64,000 nucleotides of DNA. Origin: Octopus sinensis (Eukaryota). Positions 29,805 to 43,849 of this stretch are shown here, piece after piece. Under the pieces are notes generated by a model. That model was not told the origin of the DNA and made no database searches. It saw nothing but the letters and a program-made list of their open reading frames with translations. Both the position numbers and the translations under genes were made by a program. Positions within the stretch are counted from its first letter, which is position 1. Every line of letters starts with the position of its first letter. The DNA is taken from contig NC_043004.1 of NCBI RefSeq assembly GCF_006345805.1, forward strand, positions 78,988,001-79,052,000, read 5' to 3'.

Positions 29805-29896
29805 ATATATGTATGTATGTATCTATGTTATATATTATATATATATATATATATGTATGATATATTATATGTATGTATATATATATATAATCTACT

Positions 29897-30067
29897 ACTT
29901 TGATACTTTGATACTTTGATAGGTTTCGGCCATTATTGGCCCATACTTAATAGCACCACCTGGTAAATAGCACCACTATATATATATTCACCAGGTGGTG
30001 CTATTAAGTTAGACATGGCCTGGGCCAATAAGGCCGAAACCTATCAAAGTATCAAAGTATCAAAGTA
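29897..30067. mobile_element. Two inverted short 3' ends of the CR1/L2-group LINE
   Basis: Minus copy about 29897-29965 and plus copy about 29988-30067, each carrying the tatcaaag tail. Confidence 0.8.
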
Positions 30068-30073
30068 TATATA

Positions 30074-30168
<95 letters not shown>

Positions 30169-30170
<2 letters not shown>

Positions 30171-31634
30171 CTTTGATACTTTGATACTTTGATAGGTTTC
30201 GGCCTTATTGGCCCAGGCATGTCTAACTTAATGCACCACTGGTGAAGTCTTTCAAGTCAGAATTTGGGCACTATGGCCCCCTCAGTAGAAGTTATTGTTT
30301 ACAGGACATATCCGGGTGTGGGGTTTATCCGGGATTTCTTGAAGGAATCTGTCCAAAGACTTCTTGAACCCTATAGGGTCAGTTTCTGTTTTAATGCGTT
30401 TTGGTGTAATGTTAAGAGAGCGGGGCCATTGATGAAATATTGTGCCGTATTGTTGTTATGAGATGAGAGTGCGATTTTGTTTTTTGGGCGGATGGCACGG
30501 GGCCCAAGCTTGGATGTACCTTAAAGTGATGCCAACCTCATTGGGCAATGCTGGTGGAATATTTTCCACATCATGCAGATGATGTAGCGCTCCCGACGAC
30601 GTTGGAGAAATAGAGTTTAGCTTTCTAGTCGACCCCAATAGTCGAGCCTGTCATGCCATCTATCTTTTTTGGATTGCCCTTTGAGGTGCTTCGAACTTTT
30701 GATACCTTGTTTGTGTGGGGAGACCCAGTGGACAACAGTTTCAAGGTGGGGTCGGGCAAGGTGGAGAAGAGAAGGATAATGGTGTGGATATCTCTCGACT
30801 GGAAAGTTCTGAGAATCCAGGAACATTCTGCGGCATGTCAACTTGGTGTTTATATGAGTGGCCCAGCTTACGTTGTTTGTCACAATTACTCCCAAGTCTC
30901 TGATGTTGTTGGACGCCGTGAGAGTTTCACCTGAAGGAAGGGAGTATGGGAGTTTCAGGGCTCCTCTTTTCCAAAGTGGATTAGCTCAAATTTACCTCGT
31001 TCAGCAGCATATTGTTTTTTCTGCCCATTGGATACAGCCAGTAGATCTGACTGAAGGCATGTCCGGTCACTCGCCTCATTTTGACCTTCTGTAGCTTGGA
31101 GTCATCTGCAAAGATTTTTATGTTGCTGTGGCTTGTGATGTCATTAATGTCATTAATGTAAATGATGAAAAGAAGTGGGCCCAGCCAGTGCCTTGCGGAA
31201 CGCCACTACTGACTTTGGCTGGGCTTGATTTTACCCCTTCAACTACAACATGTGAGATCTGTCTGTCAGGAAACACTTAATCCATTTCAGTAACTTTCCT
31301 GAGACACCAAGTTGGATAGTTTTTTCAATAGGATCTTGTGATCGCCCTTCGATAGGCCTTACTAAATCAAGGTAGATGACAATCGGTGTTGGAGCCCTCT
31401 CCCAAAGCTCTCAAAATGTCCTCAAAGTGATGCAGGACTGCGTTAGGCAGTCCCTTCCATTACGGACCCATGTTGGTTGGAGATCAGCCGTCTGTTGCTT
31501 TCCAGAAATTGGGTTATTTGAGATCTCACCACCCTCTCAAATACCTTGATGATATGAGAGGTGAGTGAGATCGGACGGTAATTCACTGAAGGGACTTTTT
31601 CCCTTTTGAAACTGGGACAACAGACTGGGACAGA
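30169..31634 (-). mobile_element. CR1/L2-group LINE, 5'-truncated RT region and 3' UTR
   Basis: Minus-strand RT motifs (SGVPQG..GPLLFIIYINDI, FADDSKL), C-terminal DYWGRLE, and a 3' tail of (TATCAAAG)n. Many frameshifts; flanked by (TA)n. Confidence 0.85.
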
Positions 31635-31713
31635 TGTATATATATATATATGTATGTATATATAATATATATATAAATGTATATATATATATATATGTAT
31701 ATATATATGTATT

Positions 31714-31745
<32 letters not shown>

Positions 31746-31767
31746 GTATATATATATATATTATATG

Positions 31768-31837
<70 letters not shown>

Positions 31838-32214
31838 TATATTATATATATATATATATATGTCTTTACACAACACACACTTACAGAACCATACACACAT
31901 ATATGATGACAGTAGTCTTTTGTAGTCCGAAAAAGAAGGTTCTGCAAATTCGTTCTGAACAATCTACAGAAAGTTTTTGTTTATAGTGAGAAAATATCTG
32001 AACTGAATAATCAGCTCACTTCTACCATGAAATTAACGTTGCCTGACAGGTCCTTGGATCAGCGAACACCCGGCATCAACAATAGTCAGGAGGTGCTTCC
32101 ACACTCCTCAAAATCCTGGAAGTCTCCAACAAGATTCCCACTAACGGATGCTATTTGAAGTGATGCTCAGGACATACTTATTTACGCGCGCACGCACACA
32201 CACATACTTACATG

Positions 32215-32422
32215 CATACATACATACATACATACATACATACATACATACATACATACATGCATGCATACATACATACATACATACATACATACATACA
32301 TACATACATACATACATACATACATACATGCATACATGCATGCATACATACATACATACATACATACATACATACATACATACATACATACATACATACA
32401 TACATACATACGTACGTACATA
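32215..32422. repeat. (TACA)n microsatellite
   Basis: Direct reading. Confidence 0.95.
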
Positions 32423-32554
32423 CAAACAACCAAAGTACTTTGTTGTTGATGTTGAAATTCCAATGAAGGAGCTTTGAATCTAGGTTAGAAACCGGGTCTT
32501 TCCCTATTGGGGAGAAATTTTGAAATAAAACAGAACAATGACACACACACACAC

Positions 32555-32600
<46 letters not shown>

Positions 32601-33564
32601 TATTTATAACAGAAAAAGAAATAGGAGGTTTCTGGTAGAGTATTGCATATTTGAAAAAATGAATAGATATGACTTTCCTGATATATTTTCCCACTTTAAT
32701 AGTTAAATGTTTATAAGTGGAAAAGTTATCAGAAAAGCCATGCATGTCTCTGGATGCAGGCCTGGCTCTTGGGGGGTGCTTGTCTCCCCTTTGTAAATAT
32801 AAGGACACAGGAAATGTGTCAGAGCCGACAGGAAGCGTCGATGCTTCCTAGGGCTAAATAGCAGTGAGTGTGATTCCCTTTACAGGACTGTCACGATAAG
32901 CTGACAGTATACAACAGTTCTATCGCTCCACCTCCGCTCATGTCTCTCTGAGATATTTAGAAATTTAATATTTACATATGTGCATATGTGTGTGTGTTTG
33001 TGTGTTTGTGCGTGTGTGTGTGTTTGTGTGTTTTGCGTGTTTGCGTGTTTGTGTGTATGTGCATATGTGTGTGTGTTCGTGAGTGTTTGTGTGTGTGTGT
33101 TTGTGAGGGGTGTTTGTGTGTGTGCTTGTGTTTGTGTGTGCATGTGCATATCTATGTGTGTTTGTGTGTGTGTGTTTGTATGTTTGTGTGTGTTTGTATG
33201 TTTGTGTGTGCGTGTACATGTGCATATGTGTGTGTGTGTGCTTTTCGACACTCAAACGCCGAGACAGTGTCTCCATCATATATTGTGTGAAGTGTAGCCC
33301 AACCCACGACAAACTTTCTATTTCATTTTAGTTACGTTTGAAATAATAATAATAGTTTCTGTTTGCTTAAAATAATGCTTTCTTGCCAAAAAACATTCGA
33401 ATCAATCAATATTACACCTGTAACACACAAAAAAAAATCTTGCGTTAATGACATTTGTTTTGAAGAATCGCATTGGAGTTGACTTTGGTATTTAAATTGC
33501 TAAGAAATTGAACGACAAAATGCAATATGAAAATAATCTGATCTTTGCTAAGTAGACATGCATT

Positions 33565-33605
33565 TTCAGACATGTTTCGATTTCATTGTTCCTCCTCAGC
33601 GACGC
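33565..33605 (-). ncRNA. Degenerate hammerhead-like motif
   Basis: Minus strand: CUGAGGA...C-GAAAC-AU-GUC with palindromic ACAUGU; stems I and II weak. Confidence 0.4.
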
Positions 33606-34236
33606 GTAGTCTTACTGCTCTATTTTTCAGATCTTGCGAATGACAAGATAAAGAGTTCGCGTGAAATATATTCATAAATTAGTTAATTTCAAATAATGAT
33701 GATGGAAACTTTCTCATAATGTTATTTCTCATGCCATTATTTTCATTTCACCTTTGCCATAGTTATAAATATATAAATATAGGTCCTGGGATATACAAAC
33801 CCAAATGTAACACACATGTGTTGGTTCGAAAGAATTTCCTCCAGTTGTCAGCTGAAGCACTTTATCTTAACAATACTTTATAGCGAATGGGTAAATAACA
33901 AATATAGCTCAGTAAGATTACAGAGGCAGATACCGAGAGCAAGAGAGTGTTTCGAATTCCTAATGTTGATTGCAATCAAGCTATTTTGTTAATGCATTGT
34001 CTTCGGAATAATGCTGTCCTCGCAGACAAAATTCCTCTGCTGAAGAGAAGAGGTAAGGGGAAGTGAGTAAAGGTTAAACGGTGACAGATTTTGTTTTTAA
34101 ATACGTATATACACACACATGAGCAAGGCACACACATGCGTATGTATGTATGTATGTATGTATGCATTTTATACGTGCACACGCATATGTGTGCATTGTT
34201 GTCTATATATTGTTTAAAATTATATATAATATATAT

Positions 34237-34269
<33 letters not shown>

Positions 34270-34292
34270 TATATATATATATATAGATAGAT

Positions 34293-34384
<92 letters not shown>

Positions 34385-35075
34385 TATACACTCACACGCA
34401 CACACGTGCATATATGAGCGAAAAGGAAGGTTTCGGTTATCACGCGCCTTGTTTAGTGCTCCCGTTTGTTTACTAACTCCTGGCTCCTATCTCATTGATG
34501 TACAAAAGAGAGATCCCGTAATGTAATTGAGTAATATAAGACAGGTTCAAAAATAGGTTTAAGACACTCTTCACTCTGTCTTACACAATTTTCCCACTAC
34601 CAGCTGAGAAATTAGCTTGGCTAGCAACTTCTCGTCTTGATATGCTGCACTCAATATGTTGTTGTTTCGTATTCAACGCCTTGAAGATTGGGTTTCTGTT
34701 TAACACTACGTAATGTTGTTTAAGACGCCCATCCATCCATCCCTTTTTTTTATAACTTACCCTATATAGTCGTGATATCTGCTTCCTGAAACCAGTTCCC
34801 ACCTAAGACAGTTGCTATCATTAAATATATTGTGCGGAGTTGAATTTAATACTCGTAGCAAACAAAAGACACACTGACATAATTGCGACGCTGATAATTC
34901 GTATATTAGAATAGTTATTTCATATACGAACAGAAAAATACGCACCATAAGACCTTTTTCCCTTGTCTTCGCGATAACGACACACGCGCGCGCACGTCTG
35001 TGTGTGTGTCGTGTGGTTGTGTGTGTGTAATTATTACACTATGCCTGAGCGAAATCATAATCTATCTTTCCTCTC

Positions 35076-35119
<44 letters not shown>

Positions 35120-35739
35120 ATATATATATATATATATATGTATTATGTATGTATGCATGTATGTATATATGTATGTATAGAGTGATAAATAGAATGATTA
35201 ATTGATTAGTAGATATATATATATATATATGTAGATATATATATATATATATATATATTATAATATATATATATATATATAATATATAGAAATGGGAAGA
35301 CAACAAAGAATGAATGAGACCTCGATATTATGTAAATAGAGGAATTTATCAGTAAAATAATATGTGACAATTATTCGGTTGCCAAAATAAAACTCCGAGT
35401 TTTGGATTCGGGGCGGAAATCTGCTCCGGCATTTCGTCAGTTATTAAGACAAACAAAAATGCCATGAAAATGACCGTTAAACAAAGGGAAATTACTATGA
35501 ATGTATGTATGCTGGTGTTGTATAAATGTTAGCTTATTCTTCTCCAGTGTATTATTAACTTCCTTCCGATGAAACGTTGGTGAAAGGGATGAATTTTACC
35601 GTTGTGGATTTTAGAAGGTGATCGTGAAAATCTCGGGAAGACTCCTAGATCAGAAGAGGGGAAGTAGTAAGAGACATCGGCGTCATTAAGATGGTTTTAT
35701 TTAACCGATTATAAGTTTATGTATTAGAGAAGTGTTGTT

Positions 35740-35956
35740 GTTGTTGACGACGAGATGATGATGATGATGAGGATGGTGATCATGATCATGATCATAATGA
35801 TGATGACGAAGACGACGACGACAAAAAAGGATGAGGACGCTGACGCTGACGGCGACGCCGACGGTGATGATAATAATGACGACGACAGTAATAATGAAAA
35901 CGACTACGAGAACGACAACAATGATGATGATGATGATGATGGTGATGATGATAATA

Positions 35957-35987
<31 letters not shown>

Positions 35988-35992
35988 CGAAG
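35740..35992. repeat. (GAT)/(GAC)n compound microsatellite
   Basis: Direct reading. Confidence 0.9.
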
Positions 35993-36533
35993 TTTAGCTG
36001 TAGCTCAACCCTAATCGATCAAACTTATGCTAGTAGGCTTTCCACTGTGACCCGTCTTTTTTTCTTTTCTATATTCACAATTACACTATCCAATAAACTC
36101 TTTCTTTTCAAAGATTGCAGGGAGTGAAATGGAGGAGTTTTGACTCCTAGTTCTAGCAACTTAAACAACCCCCTCATTGGTTCGTATTTAGTGTTAGTTT
36201 GTGAATAAGTGTTTCTAAAAAGAAATAACATTTAAAAATACCTTTGTTTTATTAAAGAAATGTATCACGTCTATGCCTTTTCTTCATAAACGAACCGAAA
36301 GGCTTACTTACACTAAAAAACGAAACCAACTTAGTGTTTGGGGATTCTCTGGAATATAAAACGTTACCACGGTAACCGCAGCTGGTTTTACAATATGGAA
36401 GCTATCAACCTCACAGAAACATTCATTTCAGAAAGTGAGTGATTGTGGCGACTTCGCTGAATGTTGTTTATGAATCACCCCTTCGCTACTGATAGATATG
36501 TGCGTGTTGGTATATTTCTTGGTGTGTATATAT

Positions 36534-36570
<37 letters not shown>

Positions 36571-36575
<5 letters not shown>

Positions 36576-36764
36576 TATTTACGTATTTTATAAACCATGA
36601 GTTTATCTATGGTATCTGTATTGGCTACACTATCTCAGTAGGATTTATTTCTGTATGTATACTTACGTATACACATGCATGCATAGATACAAGCGTACAT
36701 GTATGCGTATTATGTATATGTGTGAGTTCTCTTTTGTGTATATACGTATGCTAGTATGAATATG

Positions 36765-36797
<33 letters not shown>

Positions 36798-36990
36798 AAA
36801 TATTTACGTATTTTATAAACCATGAGTTTATCTTGGTATCTGTATTGGCTACACTATCTCAGTAGGATTATTTCTGTATGTATACTTACGTATACACATG
36901 CATGCATAATACAAGCGTACATGTATGCGTATTATGTATTGTGTGAGTTCTCCTTGTGTGTAATATACGTATGCTAGTATGAATTATGTA
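36571..36990. repeat. Tandem duplication of an about 225-bp unit bounded by (TA)n
   Basis: atttacgtattttataaaccatgagttta...gctagtatgaat occurs twice; the second copy has 1-bp indels. Confidence 0.85.
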
Positions 36991-36994
36991 ATAT

Positions 36995-37029
<35 letters not shown>

Positions 37030-37030
37030 G

Positions 37031-37061
<31 letters not shown>

Positions 37062-37565
37062 GGCTGTATAGTTTGTATCCTTTAATATATGTTCCCGCTC
37101 TCAGTGTTATAGCTGCTAAGTAACGCAGATTGCAAAGCTATTAAATACAATTTTATTTGTCACAGTCATTTCAGCTAACTTATTCAGTGTATCCTCCGCA
37201 AATATTCGTACACGTATAAGCCATTTTTTTCTCCGCTGTTGTGATTATCCTTTATCTATTCCTGGTTTCTCACAGCCGTAATAAACCCCATTTACATTAA
37301 ACGGTTTACTTATACTGAAGGAAAAACGAGACATAATGCATACAAGCCAATGTAAACGTTGTTTGCTGATGCAGAATTGGATGGTAATGAAGATAACCAA
37401 CGAGAATGAAGTGCATAACCTTGACATTTAGAAATGCCGCTCTGACTCAATTTTTTTTCAAACTCAGCAAATATGTAGATAACAGGAAATGATTTTATCA
37501 CTGCTAAATAAATCTGAGGATATACCAGAATAAAGCTGTTAAGGGTACTTGCATGTTGTTGTTCT

Positions 37566-37599
<34 letters not shown>

Positions 37600-37807
37600 T
37601 TCTTTTTCATTCATATCGGATTCATAGCTCTACATTCCGTATGTGTTAAGGAAAAGCAACGTAGATTTAGGACGGTAATTGAGTTATTAAGAAGTTTCGA
37701 AATTTGTTTGTTTGTTTTTTTTTTGTTTTCGAAAATATCTTGAGAATATTGGTGACATACATTTTAGATATTTTAATAAATTATGTTTTCGCACATATTT
37801 ACTCGAC

Positions 37808-38105
37808 TTCTGGCCTAGCAGTTTGGATGTTGCGTTCACGCTTGCAAAATCCTTATTTTGAGGCCCGGATCGTGTTTTTGATGTTGCGTTGTGTTCTTGG
37901 CGAAACCACTTCAGTTTTCACGTCACTCCGCGATCACTTCGACACCTGACGTGCGGCACATTGAGCACCTGCATTGTCGTTTCGACTGAGGGAACGAGCT
38001 GATGTGCAGCGCAAACATTTGATCAGGTTAAACAAATCATCTGTGCAGGCTTTTTAAGAATAATTTGCAGAACCCTCAACTAACTTTTAGGACTGAAGAG
38101 TCCAT
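37808..38105 (+). mobile_element. Decayed CORE-like SINE
   Basis: tggcctagcagtttggatg..ttgcgttgtgttcttggcgaaaccacttc..gagtccatt. Confidence 0.6.
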
Positions 38106-38277
38106 TATTCTATTTTGGTTAGTTGGGTGTTATACTGTATCACGAAATATTTCAAATAAGAATATTTTCGTGTTTATGGTGGTAGAGATATCTTCAAACG
38201 GTGTAAAATTTCGACTTGTTCTTTGAATTAATTTTGATACCAGAGAATTGAACAGTTTGTTTGCTCTTCTTTTGCAG

Positions 38278-38451
38278 CTTTTCACGAAGTCATGGCATAA
38301 ACTTCACTTTTCTGTCGGGACAGAAAACGTGGAAATGTATATAGATTGCAAACTTGTGGAATCATTAACGGTTGGAGACCAGCGTGGTAAAATAGATTCG
38401 ACGGGTGAAATTGTTCTAGGGACCCAAGAACCAGGAGACAGAACTGTTGCG
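38278..38451 (+). CDS. COL9A1-like: Collagen IX-like TSPN/NC4 exon D
   Basis: tttgcag acceptor and gtaagt donor; phase 0-0, 58 codons. Encodes LFTKSWHKLHFSVGTENVEMYIDCKLVESLTVGDQRGKIDSTGEIVLGTQEPGDRTVA, with LamG/TSPN motifs WHK and YIDC. Confidence 0.95.
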
Positions 38452-38653
38452 GTAAGTCCATTTAAATAATTAAAACTGTTGTTAATTGGTCGCCAAATTA
38501 AGACATAAATGTGTGTATTGGGACGACTCTTTCACATTCTCATGGAAAAACCCTTGAGAGTTTTATATTCATTTTCACTTAATTTTGCTTCCTCTCTTTT
38601 TCTCCCTTTACCACCCTCCCTACTTCTCTCTCCCTCTCTAATTCTCCACATCC

Positions 38654-38697
<44 letters not shown>

Positions 38698-39071
38698 CTC
38701 AAATTTCTACACTGACTGAAACCCGCCTCTCAATTTCGTCTGCATCAAAGTCCTTTAGAAGAAATCTCTAATTCAACAAATACGATAAATCGATTTCAGT
38801 GAATTATTACCTCATACATCCAGGATAATTAAATCAATAATCTATACAAAATTCATTAACACATTGAACTCATAAGTGTATATTAATCTATACTAATATA
38901 TTGTAGACATTAATATACTAAATTCATTACTCTATGCTAATCTGTATTAATGTATTGAATTCATTATTTACATTAATGCGTATTAATATCTTAAACTCAG
39001 AAATCCGTATTGATTTATAGTTATTAAACTCATTAATCTATCTAACAACCCATCTATCTATCTATCTATCT

Positions 39072-40032
39072 GTCGACGAGGAGTACCTGACCCGCCTGTT
39101 CGGGACGACTTTCGGGCCAGGGCCCATGGACAACTTCCAGAGATCCCTGGCCTGGCAGTGCTACGAGAAGCGCTACCCGTTCGGGTAAAGCTCTACAGAC
39201 ACGGCTCGAGAAACACGGGGCCGACCTGCCCGAGATGCGGTCAGAGCGACGAAACCGTTCTGCACGCACTCGTTCAGTGTCCAACAATTCCGACCTGTGG
39301 GCTTATGTCGAACAAACTGCTGTCACGTGTGGGACGAGTCGGTTTATCAGCTGAGTCTATCGTCATATTGTCACGCCTCCTTCCTTCAAACACGGAAGGA
39401 AGAGCTATTTTCATCATCCTTGTGGCTATGGCGAAAGAATGTATCTGGTGGGACGCGTCTGAAGGATTGGAGACAAACACTTTCCTCTCTGGTCAATCTC
39501 TCATCAACTTCTTCAAGTACCACTTGAAAAGGAAAGTGACGAGTAGAGAGGAAGTTTTGTCTAGCGATGTTTTAAAAAAGATGGGTGAATGTAGCAAGAA
39601 TGGCACGTATGAATGACGAAGCCACTTGAGATAGTCCTATGAACCCAGAAATCGAAAACAGAGGTTGCTTATTTGCAAAAAAAAAAAAAAAAAAAAAAAA
39701 GAATATAAAATGTGACTCATGACCGAGTTACCGTGGTTTTTCCGCAGGCTTTTTCTTTCCACGGGTAAACCTCACCTGTCCTCCCCTTTACACTTCATAT
39801 TGAATTTCTGTGATAACGATCCCTATTGATCATTTTTTTCTCTCCCCCCCGACTTTTTTTTTTTTTTTTTTTTTTTAACCCCCCTTATTTTGTCCTCTTT
39901 CTCTCCTTTACGATCCCTTTTGATCGAACCTTCCCCTTCCCTTTTTTTTTTTTTTTTTAATACCTTCAAAAGAAAAGCTCTACCTTGTAATTTGTTCTAT
40001 CTGTGTGCAGCCCTGTGTGGCTAATAAAGAAA
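39072..40032 (+). mobile_element. Tx1/L1-clade LINE 3' fragment
   Basis: zf-RVT-like ALPVRVKL..CPRCGQSDETVLHALVQCP; T-rich 3' UTR ending ggctaataaagaaa; flanked by (TATC)n. Confidence 0.8.
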
Positions 40033-40060
40033 TATATCTATCTATCTATCTATCTATCTA

Positions 40061-40850
40061 AGCTCTACATGCACGACTCGAGAAACACGAGGCCGACCTG
40101 CTCGAGATGCGGTCAGAGCGAAGAAATCGTTCTGCACGCACTCGTGCAGTGTCCAACAATTTCCGACCTGTGGGCTTATGTCGAAAGACTGCTGTCACTT
40201 GTGGGACGAGTCGGTTTATCAGCCGAGTCTGTCGTCAATATTTTCACGCCTCCTTCCTTCAAATGGGAAGGAAGAGCTATTTTCATCATTCTTGTGGCTA
40301 TGGCGAAAGAATGTATCTGGTGAACGCGTCTGAAAGGATTGGAGACAAACACTTTCCTCTCTGGTCAATCTCTCATCAACTTCTTCAAGTATCACTTGAA
40401 AAGGAAAGTGAGAGTAGAGAGACAAGTTTTGTCTAGCGAATGTTTCATAAAAAGATGGGTGAATGTAGCAAGGATGAATGAGGAATCCACTTTGAGCATA
40501 ATCCTACGAACCCGGAAAAAATTAAAATAGAGGGTTACCTACTTGCAAACAAATGTGGTAACATGTAACATTATTGACCGAGGTTACCGTGGTCTTTTCC
40601 GTAGGCTTTTCTTTCCACGGATAAACCCTATCTGCTTCCCCCTTTACACTTTACATCATGACATTTCTGTGATACACGATCCATATTGATTGTTTTTTTC
40701 TTTTTCTTTTTTCCTTTTCCTTTTTTTCTTTCCCTTTTACGATCCCTTTTGATCGAAAACCTACCCCACTTTTTTTTCTCTCCAAAAAGAAATGCTCTAC
40801 TTTGTAATTTGTCCCGTCTGTGTGCAGCCCTGTGTGGCTAATAAAGAAAC
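40061..40850 (+). mobile_element. Second Tx1/L1-clade LINE 3' fragment, tandem to the first
   Basis: CSRCGQSEEIVLHALVQCP; same 3' end ccctgtgtggctaataaagaaa; (TATC)n on both sides. Confidence 0.8.
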
Positions 40851-40855
40851 ATATC

Positions 40856-40912
<57 letters not shown>

Positions 40913-41001
40913 CTCTCTCTCTATGTATATATATATATATATATACACATACATATACATACACATACATACATACATACATACATACATACATACATAC
41001 A

Positions 41002-41032
<31 letters not shown>

Positions 41033-41339
41033 GTGTATACATATGCACACACATGCACACCGACACACACACACACACAACACACGCACAAATAAACAAA
41101 AAGAATGCAGCTCCGATAACGGACAGAGTTAACAACCTTTGAAGATGTTGCAAGAAGCAACGAAAATTTTAGAAGAAAATAAATAAATAAATAAGTAAAT
41201 GAATGGAAATTGAACCGGTGAGTGTGTTAATTAATAAGGCATTTAAACAGAGTGACTCCCCTCACCCAGACACGACAAAATGTGCTACACTACACGAATT
41301 TTCACGCATAAAGAAACTTGCAAACCGAATATAAAAACG

Positions 41340-41943
41340 ATATATATATATATAAAACTCAACTTGTGCGTCTGTGTGTTTAACTCCCCGGCACATCTCC
41401 TCCTAGCCAGCAAATCGTAGAACCACCAAAAATGGGTCACTTAAAGTTTAGGCGAATGAAAATTGAACTGTGCTATTTCTGTTCCGAAATTCATCTCGCA
41501 AGTGCAAAAATCGATAATGTGTTTGTTTAGGCCTTATCCCGTGCATTGAATAGTGAACTTTACTCAGTCAGCTGTTTGGCGTGAACTGTGTTCACCACGC
41601 GTGCAAGCATGCGTAAATTGCCTGAAAAATAAAAAATCAAGATATAAAAACGAATCGCCGTAAACATTGTAGAAATTCGGCAAAGAAATGAATTTTCGGG
41701 ATGTAGCCTGGAGGGTTTTTTCGTATTAATCGTTTGGACTTTGTGAACACATACCAATTGTTTTCATAACATTTTTAACCCTTTGAATTAAGTGTGACCA
41801 TTTTCCGTTGAGTCTGCAGTTTGAATCACTTTAACCAAATTTTAGCAGGCCGGATTTTTGATCATCACGATACATCGCCAGCGACTCCCTGAAACTTTCC
41901 CCTGAAATCCCCGTTGAGAAATCTATATATATAAAACTCAACT

Positions 41944-42019
<76 letters not shown>

Positions 42020-42060
42020 CTGTGTATGTGTTTAACTTTTGGATCTACCAAGTTTCATTA
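41340..42060 (+). mobile_element. Helitron-like 5' fragments (two starts)
   Basis: tatatatataaaactcaacttgtg at about 41345 and again at about 41924 (tc-tatatatataaaactcaac). Confidence 0.55.
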
Positions 42061-42088
42061 TTAAGGATGGAAAGTCGTGTGTAGCAAA

Positions 42089-42474
42089 TCTATATATATA
42101 AACCTGAAGTTGTCTGTGTGTGGCAGGTTTGGTAGCCTTAAACTAACACTATCTCCTTCGAGACGCTGCAGCGCAAGTTGATCAAAATTGAGAGTATGAT
42201 AGAAGAAGGCTTGCTCTTCCTTCTGTAGAAGATAAAATTCAAATCGGACCATGTTAACACCAAAAATTATTTACATCAAAAAGGTGCTTTTTTTCTATGA
42301 AAATCCCTATTTTTTACGATTTTTGACTGCTGTGTCACCATTTTTCGGTGTATTTCAACTGGAAAAATGTTCACTTGAAGAGAATAAGTTGCATAATGGA
42401 AATTTTTTACTTTTCAAAAATTCCAATTCTAAAGGGTCGAAACAAACCCAAGCAACACCGGGTGATACTGCTAG
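42089..42474 (+). mobile_element. Non-autonomous Helitron
   Basis: 5' TCTATATATATAAA; 3' subterminal hairpin-like acccaagcaacaccgggt; terminal CTAG; inserted between A (42088) and T (42475). Confidence 0.8.
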
Positions 42475-42775
42475 TATATATATAAGATCAGCAAGATTTA
42501 GATTCAGATGAATATGGTACTTAAGTCTAGGGCACCAGAATTTTGTATGGTATTATCCATATAAATCAAATGGGATGATTATAATCAAAATAAGCAATAA
42601 GTATATCCAAGGTGGAGTAGTACAATTGTTTCATGCTACTTCATTTTATTAAACACTGTAAGTATTACAGTGCTCGACATTTTAAAACTGATGTAATACT
42701 TACAGTTTTTAATAAAATGAAGTAGCATGAAACAATTGTACTAATCTACCTCGGATATACTTGTTGCTTATTTTG

Positions 42776-42846
<71 letters not shown>

Positions 42847-43032
42847 TGTGTATTCAAAGGGCAAGACCACTAGGTAGTCGGCCGTATGCTACAAATAGAT
42901 CATCAACGATCAAACTACAAAGAAAAGAATGTTCTCTAGAAGAAAATTCAGCGGACACCAGAACAATATATATATATATATATATACATGCATACATACA
43001 TGCATACATACATACATACATGAATGCATGCA

Positions 43033-43064
<32 letters not shown>

Positions 43065-43110
43065 CATACATACATACATACATATACATATATATACATA
43101 CATACATACA

Positions 43111-43145
<35 letters not shown>

Positions 43146-43774
43146 GTGTGTGTCTGTGTGTGTGTTAAACTCATTAATCCATACTAATCTATGTATATTA
43201 AAGTTTTAAACTCAATGATTCATATTTATCAAGCAGTGATCAAATCCCAGAAGTAGTCTAATATCCAAACAGACAGAAATATTAGAATCTGTTTCCTATG
43301 AACGGAAAATCTTGAATATATTATGTAACATGCGGGATATTTTAACATAATTCGGTGAATGCCTCATCACACATGTCTTAACCATTTAGGACTTCCTTTT
43401 AATTGAGGTCGCCATCTTTTTTATTGCACATTTTAGCTGTAAGTAAGTTTACATAAATAAACGGTCTTCATTTTGCTTATATTCAGGTTAGCATCCAATC
43501 ACATTCCGCCCTCTCTACACACGCATACATGCGTGCATACCTGCATACGCATACACACACATACACAAACGCACGCACGCACACACACACACACACACAC
43601 ACAACACACACACACACCCATACAAACACACAAACACACAGATATTCGTTCTTCAATTTATAATTATATACTTAAATGTACACTTTAGATATTGTTAGAT
43701 CTATTTCTATATTTTAAACCTCCTTGCTTTTCAGGTATCAAATATTTAAATATGTGACCTTTCTTTTAATTTAG

Positions 43775-43849
43775 TTTGATCTTCAATGGATGGTTTTACA
43801 CTGTGATTACCGAAAAGCTGCCAGAGAGACCTGTAGTGAGATTCCAAAG
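43775..43849 (+). CDS. COL9A1-like: Collagen IX-like TSPN/NC4 exon E (domain end)
   Basis: tttag acceptor and gtaaaa donor; 25 codons. Encodes FDLQWMVLHCDYRKAARETCSEIPK, compare COL9A1 [24 protein letters not shown]. Too short for the ORF track. Confidence 0.93.

Noticed and set aside
35755-36127. Poly-Asp/poly-Met ORFs
   Set aside because: (GAT)n microsatellite with no convincing splice sites.
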